Assembly (NCBI GenBank): GCA_000092065.1
Contig: CP000595.1
DNA from: Ostreococcus lucimarinus
Taxonomy: Eukaryota
Direction: 5' to 3' (one strand)
DNA: 64,000 bases
The notes under the pieces were generated by a model. It saw nothing but the letters and a program-made list of their open reading frames with translations. It was not told where the DNA came from and searched no databases. A program made the translations under genes and the position numbers. The stretch's first letter is position 1; each line of letters starts with the position of its first letter. Positions 8,992-19,526 of the stretch are shown one piece after another.

Positions 8992-11604
8992 ATGACGCGC
9001 GAGGGCGACGACGGCGCGGCGGCGTGGCCGCGACCGAGCGCGACGTTGGTCGCGGTGGGATGCGCGGCGCTGGCGCTGGCGTGCCTGGGCGACGGGACGA
9101 GGGTGGCGACGAGCGGATTGCTGGGAGGGGCGTCGACGACGGCGCGCGGCGACGCGGGACGGGAGCGCGTGCTCGACGACGTGCCGTTCGAGGATGATCA
9201 CGTGCGACTGGTGGTGCCGAGAGTGGAGCGAGATATCGCGGCGGAGGAACTGCGGGGGGAGGTGTCGTGGACGCGAGCGGCGACGACGGGGGTGTTCGAC
9301 GCGAGGGCGAACGGCGGCGCGAGCGCGACCAACGGAACGGAGTATCGTCCCGTGGCGACGTACGCCGCGCTCGGGCGCCGACGGCATCACGGCAGAAAAC
9401 ATCATCGATACGATGATGACGAGGAAGAACTGGCGTACGAGACGAAAGGGGACGATTTCGAGCTTCCCGAGTTGTCCTCGGTCGAGCCCAAGGATTCGAA
9501 AAAGAAGGAGACGGAGACGTTCGGCGGCGAGCTCACCGCGAGTGAGGTCGAGTCCATCTTGGACAAGCTCCGAGCGCAGTCGCAAGCTTTAGAAACGGGA
9601 TCAGACGCGACGAGTAGTTTAGGGGCAAAAGAAGCGTCGACGCCCGGCGAGCAGATTGACGAGCTCGAGAAGACGCTTGCGCGGGGCTCGTCTAATGCCG
9701 CGAACGAGATTAAGACTAAGAAGAGCTCGCTCTTGAGCTCGATCGAAGAAACGTCGAAAGATTTGGTTGAAGAGTTAGATTCGGTACCGGCACAAACGTA
9801 CAAGCTCACGTTTCCGTCGCCCAAAGCTCCGTCGAAAGATGACAAGGCGCGCGACGAGACGTCCACCGCTGACGCGGATGCGCAACCTGAAGCAAACTCT
9901 GAAATTTCGAGACAGATTTCGAGCATGGCAAAGGGCGAATCGGATGCTGGAGATGCCGCGTTCCTCAAATCGTTGATCGAAGATCCGGAAACATCGGAGT
10001 TGATGTCGGAATCGATGTCTTTATCGTCGGCCCAGCCTACGTCGAAAGCGCCGACGCCGTCGAACACGCCGCTAACGCCGTCGCCGGCGACGGATGCGAC
10101 GGTTTTGGGTGATAATGGGACGACGACCTCGCCTGTTGACATACCGACCAAGCCAGCCATTCTGCCAGACGTTGTGCGCGCGACTGGCGACGTTGCTAAG
10201 AATACGACAACGTACGACGACGCGTCAGATGGAAGCTCCCACGAAGATTTGGAGTACGGCGAAGGCTCTGAAGTCGCGCCGAACTCAAAACACGACGACG
10301 CAGAATCGAAATTGACAGAAACGGCGCAGACGGGAGAACCTGCGATCGAGTACAAGAAGAAAATCGATACGACAAACGACATAAACCTATACGAGAACGC
10401 GTTGCGAGGCGAGGCGCACCCTGAGCGATCTTGGGCACAGAAGGGTCTGAAACCCGCGGACGAGAGCGTTCTGACGGAAGAAAACATCAAGCAGAACGAA
10501 TTAGCGGAAGACCAGTCGCTCACAGTTGATTTTCTCAATCGTTTCCCGGTACAATTGCCTAAATCGGAGCGAGAGACACAAAATTGGAGGCGTTATCAAA
10601 AATTGCGAACGCGCGCCGGCGCGAAGTCGGCGGAGGAGCAGTCGGAAGAGGACCGAGAAACGGTGGAGAGAGTCACCGCCGCCGCGGTTGAGCTCGTTCG
10701 CGCGGAAAAGAAGGGCGAAGATGACCGTAAAGAAAAATCGTGGAGAGATGTGGTGTTTTCTCTGTACTTCATGGGCCCGCTTGGTTTCGTAGCATTCGTC
10801 AGCGTGTTTTACGCCGTCGTCGTGCTCGTGGTGAGGAAAAGTAAAAAGTCGCCCTCGAAGACCGGTACCGATCCCGATGACGACGAGGCTTTTGATAAGT
10901 TTCTTCGCGACGTGACTGTGACAAAGTCAAAGACTCACACGAGACGAGAGAGCGACGGTGGATTGGCGTCCTTCCTGGGCTTTGTCAAGAAGCGAGTCGA
11001 CGACGTGGATGAGTTTGCAAAGTACGCTAGCGCTCGATTACAGCGTACCGTGGACGAAGATGGTGAGGATGATGTCGACGAAGAAAAGGTGTGGCATCAA
11101 TCCACGGTAAGCGCATCGGGTTTGGAATCGACCTCCATCTCTGGAACCTCGACGCCACGCGCGTCGACGTCGGCGTCGTCGCCGAATCGAGTCAATCACG
11201 ATCCCGATCGCGTCTTGGATAAAGCGGTGGTGAATCGAAGTTTGCAGTCGATTCGTACGCGTGAGCTTTCATCGCCCGAACGCATACGAAACGTGCGCTC
11301 GCGTGCGGGGACGGCGGATCCGTCGCCGGCGACGACTCCTCGCGAAACATCGTATCTAACGCAACAAACCATCGATAGACTCGAGCCGGAACGACCGAAG
11401 CAACGGCAGCCGCAGTCGGATCAGGAACCACCGCAACGTGAACAGCGTGAGCGGCAATCGTCGCGAGCGAAGGCGAACAAACCGTCACCGCAAGTGTATC
11501 GCTCGCTCTTCCCTAGGGAACAAACCGAGCCGCCTCCCGCGCCGCCGCGCCGCCCCGGAGACGCGCCGCAAATAGTGCGTTCGATGACGACTAAATTCTA
11601 CTAG
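8992..11604 (+). CDS. Hypothetical acidic Ser/Thr/Glu-rich membrane protein
   Basis: 870-aa ORF with an N-terminal hydrophobic signal-like segment (LVAVGCAALALACLG). It has a long low-complexity acidic body whose codon usage is not simply GC-driven (K/E/D-rich). One clear TM helix (VFSLYFMGPLGFVAFVSVFYAVVVLVV). I do not recognise a conserved domain. Confidence 0.5.
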   Translation: MTREGDDGAAAWPRPSATLVAVGCAALALACLGDGTRVATSGLLGGASTTARGDAGRERVLDDVPFEDDHVRLVVPRVERDIAAEELRGEVSWTRAATTGVFDARANGGASATNGTEYRPVATYAALGRRRHHGRKHHRYDDDEEELAYETKGDDFELPELSSVEPKDSKKKETETFGGELTASEVESILDKLRAQSQALETGSDATSSLGAKEASTPGEQIDELEKTLARGSSNAANEIKTKKSSLLSSIEETSKDLVEELDSVPAQTYKLTFPSPKAPSKDDKARDETSTADADAQPEANSEISRQISSMAKGESDAGDAAFLKSLIEDPETSELMSESMSLSSAQPTSKAPTPSNTPLTPSPATDATVLGDNGTTTSPVDIPTKPAILPDVVRATGDVAKNTTTYDDASDGSSHEDLEYGEGSEVAPNSKHDDAESKLTETAQTGEPAIEYKKKIDTTNDINLYENALRGEAHPERSWAQKGLKPADESVLTEENIKQNELAEDQSLTVDFLNRFPVQLPKSERETQNWRRYQKLRTRAGAKSAEEQSEEDRETVERVTAAAVELVRAEKKGEDDRKEKSWRDVVFSLYFMGPLGFVAFVSVFYAVVVLVVRKSKKSPSKTGTDPDDDEAFDKFLRDVTVTKSKTHTRRESDGGLASFLGFVKKRVDDVDEFAKYASARLQRTVDEDGEDDVDEEKVWHQSTVSASGLESTSISGTSTPRASTSASSPNRVNHDPDRVLDKAVVNRSLQSIRTRELSSPERIRNVRSRAGTADPSPATTPRETSYLTQQTIDRLEPERPKQRQPQSDQEPPQREQRERQSSRAKANKPSPQVYRSLFPREQTEPPPAPPRRPGDAPQIVRSMTTKFY

Positions 11605-12064
11605 ATTAGATTACGTTGGAATTACACTTTCCTCTCGATTATATATACGCGCTCGCGCGCTCACCGTCGCGCCCGCCGCACCGGTCGGTCGCGCGCGCGG
11701 CGACCGACCGACTTATCCGTTTATCGCGACGCCGATTTTCGCCGCGCGCGACCAACGACTGCGCATTGTGAGCGCGCGAAGCGGTAACGCGACGCATCGC
11801 GAGGTGCCCTCGGCGGCGGCGGAAACCCGGAAACCCTCGACTGCCGGGTGTGTTCGGTTGCGCGCGCGACTTTGACGCGCGCGCGCTCGGACGCACGCGC
11901 GCTCGATCGAACGCGTCGACGAGACGCACCGCGAGAGCGCACGCTTCGCGCGCGAACGCGTCGACGAGCGCGCGCGCGCGCGCTTCATCGCGACGCGGGC
12001 GAACGGCGAGCGACGCATCGGACACCCGGGAGGATAAAGCGCGCGTCGAGCGCGGACGGCGAAC

Positions 12065-13648
12065 ATGGGACTGTCTCGAGGGGCGCGCACGGGGTCGTAC
12101 GTCGATCTGTCGAAGGAAGCGACGCGTCCGGGGCAGACGGGGATCTTGGATAACGGAGACGCGGCGTCCGATGGGACGTTCAAGTCGAAGATCATCTGCA
12201 CGCTCGGACCGGTGTCGCGAACGGTGGAGATTTTGGAGGAAATGTTGAGGGCGGGGATGTCGGTCGCGCGGTTCAACTTTTCGCACGGCTCGCACGAGTA
12301 TCACCAGGAGACGTTGGATAATTTGCGCGCGGCGTGCGCGAACACGGGCATTCATTGCGGGGTGCTGCTCGATACCAAGGGGCCGGAGATTCGCACCGGG
12401 ATGCTCGCGTGCGGGGGACCGGTGATGCTCGAAGCGGGGAAGGAGATCGTGCTCACCACGGACTACGAGTTCAAGGGTAGCGCGGAAAAGCTCGCGGTGT
12501 CGTATCCGGACTTGGCCAAGGACGTCAAGCCCGGTTCGAAGATTTTGTGCGCCGACGGTTCCGTCACCTTCACCGTGCTCGAGTGCGACGTCGCCAAGGG
12601 CGAGGTGCGATGCCGCCTCGAAAACAGCGCCAAGCTCGGCGAGCGCAAGAACATGAACTTGCCGGGCGTCAACGTGAACTTGCCCACGATCACCGAGAAG
12701 GATCGCCTCGATTTGATCGAGTGGGGGGTGAAGAACAACGTCGACTTCATCGCCGCCTCGTTCGTTCGCAAGGGAAGCGACGTCGAGTACATTCGCTCCG
12801 TTCTCGGCGACTTCGCGAATAAAGTTTCCATCATCTCCAAGGTTGAGAACATGGAGGGCTTAGATAACTATGACGATATTGTCGAAAAGTCCGACGGCGT
12901 CATGGTCGCTCGCGGCGACTTGGGTATGGAGATTCGCATGGAACAAATATTCTTGGCGCAAAAGCGCATGATCAAGCGGTGCAACTACGCGGGCAAGCCC
13001 GTAGTGACGGCGACGCAAATGCTGGAGTCCATGACGGGTGCCCCGCGCCCGACGCGCGCGGAGGCCACGGACGTGGCCAACGCTATTCTCGACGGTACCG
13101 ACGCCGTGATGCTCTCCGGGGAAACCGCCGCGGGCAACTACGCCATCGACGCGGTCAAGTGCATGGCGTCCATCTGTCGCGAAGCCGAAGCGTACGTGGA
13201 CAACGTGGCGAGCTATCACCAAATCCTCGAGCAACAGCCGATTCCTATGGGCGTCGAAGAGTCTTTGGCTTCGTCCGCCGTTCGTACCGCGCAAAAGGTG
13301 CAAGCCTCCATCATTGTATGCCTCTCTCGCACCGGCACGACTTCTCGTTTGATCGCCAAGTACCGCCCGGATGCGCCAATCTTATCTGTGTGCTACGCTG
13401 AAGAAGCCGATCCGGCGAGTGTTGCGCGCCGCTCGCTCGTCAGCCGTGGCATTATCCCGGTTATCCAACCGCCGGAGTGGGGTCAAGGCAACGCCATCGT
13501 CCCGCAAGAAGTCATGCGTAACGCCATCCTCTACGCCCGTGATACGCTGAAGATCGTCAAGCCTGGCGACGCTGTCGTCGGCGTGCACCGTCTCTTGGGC
13601 GAAGCCATCTTGAAGGTCGTCGTCTGCCCAGAAGGTAACGCCTTCTAA
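12065..13648 (+). CDS. PK: Pyruvate kinase (paralog A)
   Basis: 527 aa with the pyruvate kinase hallmarks [36 protein letters not shown] and [11 protein letters not shown]. Confidence 0.95.
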   Translation: MGLSRGARTGSYVDLSKEATRPGQTGILDNGDAASDGTFKSKIICTLGPVSRTVEILEEMLRAGMSVARFNFSHGSHEYHQETLDNLRAACANTGIHCGVLLDTKGPEIRTGMLACGGPVMLEAGKEIVLTTDYEFKGSAEKLAVSYPDLAKDVKPGSKILCADGSVTFTVLECDVAKGEVRCRLENSAKLGERKNMNLPGVNVNLPTITEKDRLDLIEWGVKNNVDFIAASFVRKGSDVEYIRSVLGDFANKVSIISKVENMEGLDNYDDIVEKSDGVMVARGDLGMEIRMEQIFLAQKRMIKRCNYAGKPVVTATQMLESMTGAPRPTRAEATDVANAILDGTDAVMLSGETAAGNYAIDAVKCMASICREAEAYVDNVASYHQILEQQPIPMGVEESLASSAVRTAQKVQASIIVCLSRTGTTSRLIAKYRPDAPILSVCYAEEADPASVARRSLVSRGIIPVIQPPEWGQGNAIVPQEVMRNAILYARDTLKIVKPGDAVVGVHRLLGEAILKVVVCPEGNAF

Positions 13649-13813
13649 GGACTCAAAGAATCGTTCTTTTCCATCACACGTATTGTCGGCAGCACGCTCT
13701 GCACACACGCGCTCTGCACCCATCGCGCGGTAGGAAGTAATCTCGCCTTATCCGGCACATCACAATATTACACAAAACTATTTTCTCCAAAAGCTACCGC
13801 TCGACTGCTGGCG

Positions 13814-15055
13814 TTAGTCGTCTTCGTCAAAGACAGATTCCATCATGAGCTTGAACTCGTTCATGCTCTCGACGCCAGCGATGCTCGGTGTGGAGTTGTC
13901 GCCGCGCATCATGGGCGAAACAATCGGCGGTGCGCGCGGATGCAAGTCGTCACCCGCGACGGCGTTGGACCAGGAATCAATCTGATCGTCTTCGTTCGCG
14001 AGCTCGAGGATGGTCGCCGCGTCTTCCCTGGTGTACTGGTGCGTGAATCGTCTCTCTTCGTCGCCCGAATCGCCATCTTCGACGTCTTCCACGACAACCT
14101 CATCTTCTAATCGCGCAGTGGCGACGACATCCTTGTACAAATTCGTCGGAGCTCGAGTATACTCGATCGGTTTACTCTTCACTTTCTCCTCCAAATCCGC
14201 CACGAGCTTGAGCGTTGTCTCGTGCGTCAAAGACGCGTCGACGGGCAATCCCAAAACCCGCGCCTTTGGTGGCGAAACCGGCGTCGGCGGCGCGCTCGAT
14301 CGCGGTCGTAATGCCTGTTCACGTCCGACGCCCATAAATGCGGCATACGGGTCCCACGGCGCGTCATCTCCGCCCGCGGGTTTCGGCGACGTCATCGCCG
14401 GCTCGAAATTCGCCTTCGCCTCCGGGCTGTCTTCGACGGGCATGGGTGTCAGGCTTAACGCTACGCGCGGTGTCGGCGTCGATACCTCCGCCTCATCACT
14501 TCTCCTCGTCTCTATCGTGTTCAACGGCGGCGAAGGTGCGCGCTCTACGACGCCCGGAAGCGCCGCAGCGCTCGCCGCCTTCGTCGGCGTCTCCACGACG
14601 CTCTGCAACGCCTCGTCCACGACGCGTTCACCCAACAGCTCGCGAAGCTCGTCCTCAAGCGCGCGCAAGCGTTCCAACGCGCTCCCCTTGGACGGTTCCC
14701 ACGGTCGCCACGGTCGCTCACTGTCTCGCGCGTCTCTCTCTCGCGCGTCCCGCTCGGCGTCCCGCTCGGGCGCCGCCCCGCCGTCCTCTGCGCGACCCGA
14801 ACCCGTCGTCTCCCCCTCCAGCTGCGCGAGCACGCGCGGTAAATCACGCATGAGCACTCGCGCTTGCGCGAGATCGATCTCGTCCAGTTCGTCGTCGTCG
14901 AACGCGTCCGACGCGACGTCTGGAATACCGCTCGAACGTCGATTCGCGTCGTCGCCGGCTCCGCGCTCGTCGCGCATGATCTCGAGCGCGCGCGCGCGCA
15001 GGTCGACGTCGACGTCGACGTCCGTCGGCGCGCCGCGCGCGGCGAGGGGCGACAT
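13814..15055 (-). CDS. Hypothetical proline/acidic-rich protein
   Basis: 413-aa ORF with mixed composition and an acidic C-terminus. It overlaps a Ser-rich plus-strand ORF (14010..15086) that I consider the artefact. No recognisable domain. Confidence 0.35.
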   Translation of the reverse strand: MSPLAARGAPTDVDVDVDLRARALEIMRDERGAGDDANRRSSGIPDVASDAFDDDELDEIDLAQARVLMRDLPRVLAQLEGETTGSGRAEDGGAAPERDAERDARERDARDSERPWRPWEPSKGSALERLRALEDELRELLGERVVDEALQSVVETPTKAASAAALPGVVERAPSPPLNTIETRRSDEAEVSTPTPRVALSLTPMPVEDSPEAKANFEPAMTSPKPAGGDDAPWDPYAAFMGVGREQALRPRSSAPPTPVSPPKARVLGLPVDASLTHETTLKLVADLEEKVKSKPIEYTRAPTNLYKDVVATARLEDEVVVEDVEDGDSGDEERRFTHQYTREDAATILELANEDDQIDSWSNAVAGDDLHPRAPPIVSPMMRGDNSTPSIAGVESMNEFKLMMESVFDEDD

Positions 15056-15257
15056 CGACGCGCGATGGGCGCGAGGCGACGACTGAAGCGGCGGTTCGTT
15101 CGCGCACCAACCAACGTTTATTTATTTCTGCAACGAGCGAGACGCGCGGAACGGGCGGCTGCGGACGCGCACGCGCGAGGCGTCGCGCCGCCGGATGACG
15201 AGGCGAAAGTTGACGACTATCGCGATGTACAACACGGCAGGACGCGCGATGCGTCGG

Positions 15258-16580
15258 CTAAATACCATCTAAATCGTCGAAGATGTCGAATTCTTCCTTT
15301 TCCTCGTCGCGTTCGCGAGGATCGAGTCGACGCTCGCGGACGAAGAACGCGGAGGCGAATCGACCTTTGCGGTAGCGTCGAGCGACGACGCGACGCTCGG
15401 TATCGTCTAACATCGCGCTCGGTGGGCCTTGGTCGTAGCGACCGCACTCGACGACGAGTTGGTCGTCGACGGATTCGACGAGGACCCAAATGTGGTTGGG
15501 AAGGAACACCAACGGCGAGTTCCCGCCGAGGACGTACTCACCGCCCATGGCCCAGCTCGATGGGGACTTGACCGCCCACCACGGAACCACAAGCATGCCC
15601 TCGGGATCACGCGCCGCCGCCTCGATTTCCTCTTTCGCTCGTCGCTCCTCTGCTTCCCTCTCCGCCTCCGCGGCGCGCGCGAGCGCTGGATCGTTTGGTT
15701 TTTGTTCCGCAAGCTTTTGCGCTGGACCGACGTCTATCGGCGAAGACGTCGACGCATCCTCACCACTTGTTTCGCGCTCTTCGGGTACATCTGCTAGCGC
15801 TTCGAGCGCTATGAATGTCACCCCGCTCGTCGCTCGCCATTCGCCGACGCTCACGGCGTCTTCGGTTAAAATATCCCCCGTCGCCGGACTCGCCGCCCGC
15901 GTCTCGCATTCGCTCGCCGTCTCGTGAGTGATTTCGATTCCACACAACTCCCAGTTCCGCCTCTGTCCCGGTGCCGCGCGCACGCGAAGCGAGATCCGCC
16001 GCCGCTCTCTCGGCGCCTCCTCTTCGGCAAACGCAAACGCGAACCCAACCTCCGCGCCCTCGACGCACTCTGGAAGCGTCTTCGGCCCATCGCAATAACA
16101 ACCTTGCACGATGAACATTTTAGCCATCTGTCCGCCCGCGCACACGTCGTGCGATTCCGCGAACGCAACGTCATTCTTCCCGTATTCGCACCCCGCTTCC
16201 GGGTACAACTTCTTCGTCTCCAATCGCAACCCATCGCCATCGCTCGTCTTGCCTCCGCTCGTCACGATTTGCCACTCCATGACGTCCACACCGTACTCCT
16301 TGAACGCATCGGGGACGTAATTACTCGGCAGCGGCACCGCGGCACCCGTGCGCGGATCGAACGTCGCGCTCGCTCCGGCGTATTCGCCCGCGTGCGCGGC
16401 GACGAAGTCATCCCAGACGTCCGAGGGCGGCCAATCGCGATTGGCTTCGAGCGCTCTCGACGCGACGTGCGCGCAATGACGCGCGTGAATTTTGAGTCGC
16501 GCCGAGGTCGACGTCGAGCGCGCGCACGCGCCGTGGCGATGCGTTTTCTGTACGCTCCAAAAAGTACACTGGGACGTCAT
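15258..16580 (-). CDS. Conserved hypothetical protein
   Basis: ATG at 16580 (MTSQCTFWSVQ...) inside a longer track ORF. Non-repetitive composition (YVPDAFKEYGVDVMEWQIVTSGGKTSDGDGLRLETKKLYPEAG...). Family not recognised. Confidence 0.4.
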   Translation of the reverse strand: MTSQCTFWSVQKTHRHGACARSTSTSARLKIHARHCAHVASRALEANRDWPPSDVWDDFVAAHAGEYAGASATFDPRTGAAVPLPSNYVPDAFKEYGVDVMEWQIVTSGGKTSDGDGLRLETKKLYPEAGCEYGKNDVAFAESHDVCAGGQMAKMFIVQGCYCDGPKTLPECVEGAEVGFAFAFAEEEAPRERRRISLRVRAAPGQRRNWELCGIEITHETASECETRAASPATGDILTEDAVSVGEWRATSGVTFIALEALADVPEERETSGEDASTSSPIDVGPAQKLAEQKPNDPALARAAEAEREAEERRAKEEIEAAARDPEGMLVVPWWAVKSPSSWAMGGEYVLGGNSPLVFLPNHIWVLVESVDDQLVVECGRYDQGPPSAMLDDTERRVVARRYRKGRFASAFFVRERRLDPRERDEEKEEFDIFDDLDGI

Positions 16581-16811
16581 TGCGCGCCTCTCGCGTCGTC
16601 GATGCGACGCAAAAGACGCCGAAAGCGCGCGTGTCGAATGACACACCGCGCGTTCCGTCAACAAAACTCGCTTGCGTCGTAAACGTCGCGTTTTCGCGTC
16701 GACGCGGGGTGAAATGGCGAACACATTGGGACAGCAGGTTGTTAACATTTGGCGAGTCAAAACTTGTGACGGTCGAACTCGTCGCACATCGAGGCGGGCG
16801 ACGACGCGAGA

Positions 16812-18116
16812 ATGCGCGCGCGGCGTAAACGGTTCCAAGTAATTGTCAGCGCGTGTTACGGCTCGCGCGGGGACGTGATGCCGTGTTTGACGATCGCCGC
16901 CGCGTTGGCGCGGCGGCTCGAAGGCCAAGCAACGGTGGTCGCCATGGCGAATCCAGTGTTTGAGAATGCCGTCGCGGCGAACGTGCGGTTCATCGGTGTG
17001 GGGAGTCGAGATGAATACGAGTGCGTGCAACGCGACCACGCTTCTAGGCGAGACGCGCGCGTGGTGGTGCGGTATTGGTTGGATCATTTGGAGACGCACG
17101 CGGAGCGTATTCTTGAGGCGCGCGCAGACGCTGGAAGGACGATTGTGTTGGCTCACACGCTCGATTTGGCGGTGCGGTGCGTGGACGAGCGCGCTAACGA
17201 CGAATGTTTAACGTGTTACTCCCTGGTGCTCTCGCCCGCGCTGTTGAGAACGCCAAATCAAACGATTCCGCCGTTCGCGGGTGAGCGCCTTCGGTGTTTC
17301 GGGCGATCGCGTTGGGCGATGCGCGCAGCGGATTGCCTAGTCGATATCGCGTTCGCACCGCAGCTCAACGCGTTTCGCGCTTCGCTCGGGTCGACAAAAC
17401 CAGTCAAAAGAGTGTTTGACGAGTGGTTTTTATGTAAAGCCGGCGTGTTCGCGATGTATCCCGAATATTTCGAGCGAGCCGCAGACGCCGGCTCGAGAAA
17501 AGTATTCCAAATAGACTTTCCCCAAGAAGGCGGCGACGTGAACGTGACTGGCTTGAATGCGATTCGCGTCGCTCGAGAGTTCATCGATCGCGATGACGCG
17601 CCGACCGTCGTTTTCGTATCAGCCAGTGGAAATCCACCCTTTGCGTCGCAATTTTTCGCCACCGCCGTGAAGGCGATGCGACGGCTGGCGGGCGCGAAAG
17701 CCATCTTGCTGACGCGTCATCGCGATCGGATCGGCGAGTTACCCGAAAACGCGATCCACATCGACTTTCTCCCTTTGCACCTCTGTCGCGACGCTGGCTT
17801 GAAAATCGCTGCGCTCGTTCATCACGGGACCATCGGGTGCTCGGCGACGGCGTTGCGAAGCGCATGGCCGCAAGTCGTCGTTCCAGCGGCGTTCGACCAG
17901 CCGTACAACGCCGCGCTCCTCGAAGCGATGGGTGCGGCGCAAATTATCCACATGACACGTCTCACGCGCACGCGGCTTGTGAAAGCGCTTAAAATTGTGT
18001 TCAAGGAAGAGGCCCGCGCGCCGGAAACCGCGCCGCGACGTCGAGCGAACGACGCGTCGTCACCTCAAGCGCGCGTCGCGGAAATCATCGCTAAGGAATT
18101 ATTGCAATACGGCTAA
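16812..18116 (+). CDS. UDP-glycosyltransferase, GT1 family (sterol/MGT-like)
   Basis: C-terminal nucleotide-sugar binding signature HHGTIGCSATALRSAWPQVVVPAAFDQPYNA. N-terminal GT28-like domain. Confidence 0.7.
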   Translation: MRARRKRFQVIVSACYGSRGDVMPCLTIAAALARRLEGQATVVAMANPVFENAVAANVRFIGVGSRDEYECVQRDHASRRDARVVVRYWLDHLETHAERILEARADAGRTIVLAHTLDLAVRCVDERANDECLTCYSLVLSPALLRTPNQTIPPFAGERLRCFGRSRWAMRAADCLVDIAFAPQLNAFRASLGSTKPVKRVFDEWFLCKAGVFAMYPEYFERAADAGSRKVFQIDFPQEGGDVNVTGLNAIRVAREFIDRDDAPTVVFVSASGNPPFASQFFATAVKAMRRLAGAKAILLTRHRDRIGELPENAIHIDFLPLHLCRDAGLKIAALVHHGTIGCSATALRSAWPQVVVPAAFDQPYNAALLEAMGAAQIIHMTRLTRTRLVKALKIVFKEEARAPETAPRRRANDASSPQARVAEIIAKELLQYG

Positions 18117-18124
18117 ATATACAT

Positions 18125-19237
18125 CTACTCTACGATCACGTCGCTGTCGCTGTCGTGCATATCGTCGTCGCTATCATCGCTCACGTCGCTCACGTCCCTG
18201 GCCCACGATTGCACTCTCGCGCGTTCGACTTCTCTTCTCTCCGCCGACCGCAAGCGTCGGATCTTTTCAGTCGACGTCACGACTTCGCCGTCTCGCTCGC
18301 AATCACGCGAGGCGTGGACTCGAGGCGTCGTCGTTTCCGTCGCGGGTTCTCTCGCCGCGCCGGCGCCGATCGCCGCGCCCCAGGTGAGACGTTTTCCGCA
18401 CCGCGCGCACGGCCCGTGGTCCGGGATCAATCGACTCGACCACGACAACGCCTCGTCCCCGGCGCGATCGAAAAAATGACGCGCCAAGCACACCGGATGA
18501 AAACGCGCGCCGCACGTCGCGCACCCGACGGCGCGATCGCTTCGAATCGCCTTCCCGCACGCGTCCACGCCGCACTTCAGCGCTTCCCCGCCCGGCCGAG
18601 ACGCCGACGCCGACGCGCTCGGCGTCCCACTCACACCGACGTCCATCACCCGCGCTCGCATCGCATCATCCATCTCCTCATCCATCTCCTCCTCCTCCGC
18701 GTTCGCGCTCGCCGCGACGATCGCATCCATCTCCCGCGTCGTCGTTCGTCTCCGCTCCACGTGCGCCGGAATCGCGTCCGCGTACTTTTCAATCAGCCTC
18801 TCCCCGACCTCGCTCATGCAGTGCACCGTCAGCGGCATGTGTTTCCACGGCGCCGTGTTCAACATCCCACACATCACCATCGCCTTCTTCCCCGGCGCGC
18901 TCGTTTTATCGCTCACTCCGCGCTCCCTCGCCAACGTTCGCGTCGCTCGACAGCTCGCCGGTCGCTGCCACGCCCACTCAAACTGCAGCGCCTGCACCTT
19001 GTCGCTGAATCCCGAGACGACGAGCACCATGTCGCACGGTCGCAGTCGCATCGTGTACTTGGCCCCGTTCGCGATCGCGCCGTTGTGCTGCGCGAGTCGT
19101 CGCGGCGGGTTCGTCGTGAATCCGACGTACGACTTTCCCTTCTTGCTCGGATCGAGGCTCACGACGAGGTAACACGCGTAGAGCGCGCGCGCGGGCGCGC
19201 GGCGCGTCGGCGCGTCGCGCGTCGGGGGCGCGCGCAT
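18125..19237 (-). CDS. SLX1: Structure-specific endonuclease subunit SLX1 (GIY-YIG nuclease + C-terminal zinc finger)
   Basis: GIY-YIG motif YACYLVVSLDPSKKGKSYVGFTTNPPRRLAQHNG. Cysteine-rich C-terminus: CGVDACGKAIRSDRAVGCATCGARFHPVCL ... CARCGKRLTW. Confidence 0.8.
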   Translation of the reverse strand: MRAPPTRDAPTRRAPARALYACYLVVSLDPSKKGKSYVGFTTNPPRRLAQHNGAIANGAKYTMRLRPCDMVLVVSGFSDKVQALQFEWAWQRPASCRATRTLARERGVSDKTSAPGKKAMVMCGMLNTAPWKHMPLTVHCMSEVGERLIEKYADAIPAHVERRRTTTREMDAIVAASANAEEEEMDEEMDDAMRARVMDVGVSGTPSASASASRPGGEALKCGVDACGKAIRSDRAVGCATCGARFHPVCLARHFFDRAGDEALSWSSRLIPDHGPCARCGKRLTWGAAIGAGAAREPATETTTPRVHASRDCERDGEVVTSTEKIRRLRSAERREVERARVQSWARDVSDVSDDSDDDMHDSDSDVIVE

Positions 19238-19526
19238 CGCGCGGCGCGCGCGACGGCGACGGCGACGCGCGATCGATTGTGACGGTTGGTGTCTGCGGTT
19301 CTTTTTTTCGCCGTGTGTAGTGGATTAATGATGGTATCCAGAATATAGGCCGTTTCGAGGAGTGTGTGCGGAAGGACACCGGACGCTCTTAATTTTTTAA
19401 GAGGTCGGCGTTGTTCACTTAAGCCTACTGCGTCGCGTTCGTCGCCTCGCGAAGGATGAATGATGAATGATGAATGTGGCGTTACAAGGCGCGGCGATGG
19501 CGAATAAAGGTGACGGCGGCGCGCTG

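Noticed and set aside
14010-15086. 358-aa Ser-rich plus-strand ORF overlapping the 13814-15055 minus-strand ORF
   Set aside because: Low-complexity poly-Ser/Ala composition. The minus-strand frame has a more protein-like sequence, so I treat this as the antisense artefact. Neither frame has recognisable homology, so even the minus call is weak.
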